A stretch of 20,000 nt of DNA, taken from assembly GCA_958009085.1 (NCBI GenBank), contig OY253681.1:976344-996343 (forward strand), read 5' to 3'. A program made the translations under genes and the position numbers. Source of the DNA: Protoeuglena noctilucae. Lineage: Eukaryota. Positions 19,804-20,000 of this stretch are shown in pieces. Every line of letters begins with the position of its first letter. Positions within the stretch are counted from its first letter, which is position 1. Under the pieces are notes generated by a model, which was not told the origin of the DNA, did no database searches, and saw only the letters and a program-made list of their open reading frames with translations.

Positions 19804-20000
19804 TTAGGGTTAGGGTTAGGGTTAGGGTTAGGGTTAGGGTAGGGTTAGGGTTAGGGTTAGGGTTAGGGGTAGGGTTAAGGTTAGGGTTAGGGTTAGGGTT
19901 AGGGTTAGGGTTAGGGTTAGGGTTAGGGTTAGGGTTAGGGTTAGGGTTAGGGTTAGGGTTAGGGTTAGGGTTAGGGTTAGGGTTAGGGTTAGGGTTAGGG
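19804..20000 (+). repeat. Telomeric (TTAGGG)n array, G-strand on +
   Basis: Tandem TTAGGG to the window end, with variants TAGGG (19840), GTAGGG (19869) and TTAAGG (19875). Confidence 0.97.

Noticed and set aside
1..20000. CRISPR arrays, tRNA or rRNA genes, LTRs, prokaryotic operons
   Set aside because: None seen; the window is intron-rich eukaryotic DNA.

Overview
GC-rich, gene-dense eukaryotic chromosome end, most likely from a green alga (chlorophyte-type plastid 2-Cys peroxiredoxin with transit peptide; short ~80-135 nt introns). Positions 60-16401 carry eight intron-containing genes: uracil-DNA glycosylase (+), plastid 2-Cys peroxiredoxin (-), cyclic-nucleotide phosphodiesterase (+), single-domain AAA+ ATPase (-), mitochondrial ribosomal protein uL3m (+), NTF2/SnoaL-like protein (-), bacterial-type PI-PLC-like phosphodiesterase with an in-frame TAG (+), and ATG16 (+). 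About 10 of my ~37 modelled introns use GC-AG, nearly all with a GCGAG donor. From ~16895 to ~19775 there are two head-to-tail, 5'-truncated, diverged copies of an L1/Tx1-like non-LTR retrotransposon (zf-RVT C-terminus, (AGTC)n tail). Their 5' ends face the chromosome end and run through degenerate repeats into a (TTAGGG)n telomere. The main novelty candidates are this telomere-associated LINE array and a covarying kissing-loop RNA structure in its 3' UTR. All gene models and structures were derived by hand; no searches or folding programs were run.
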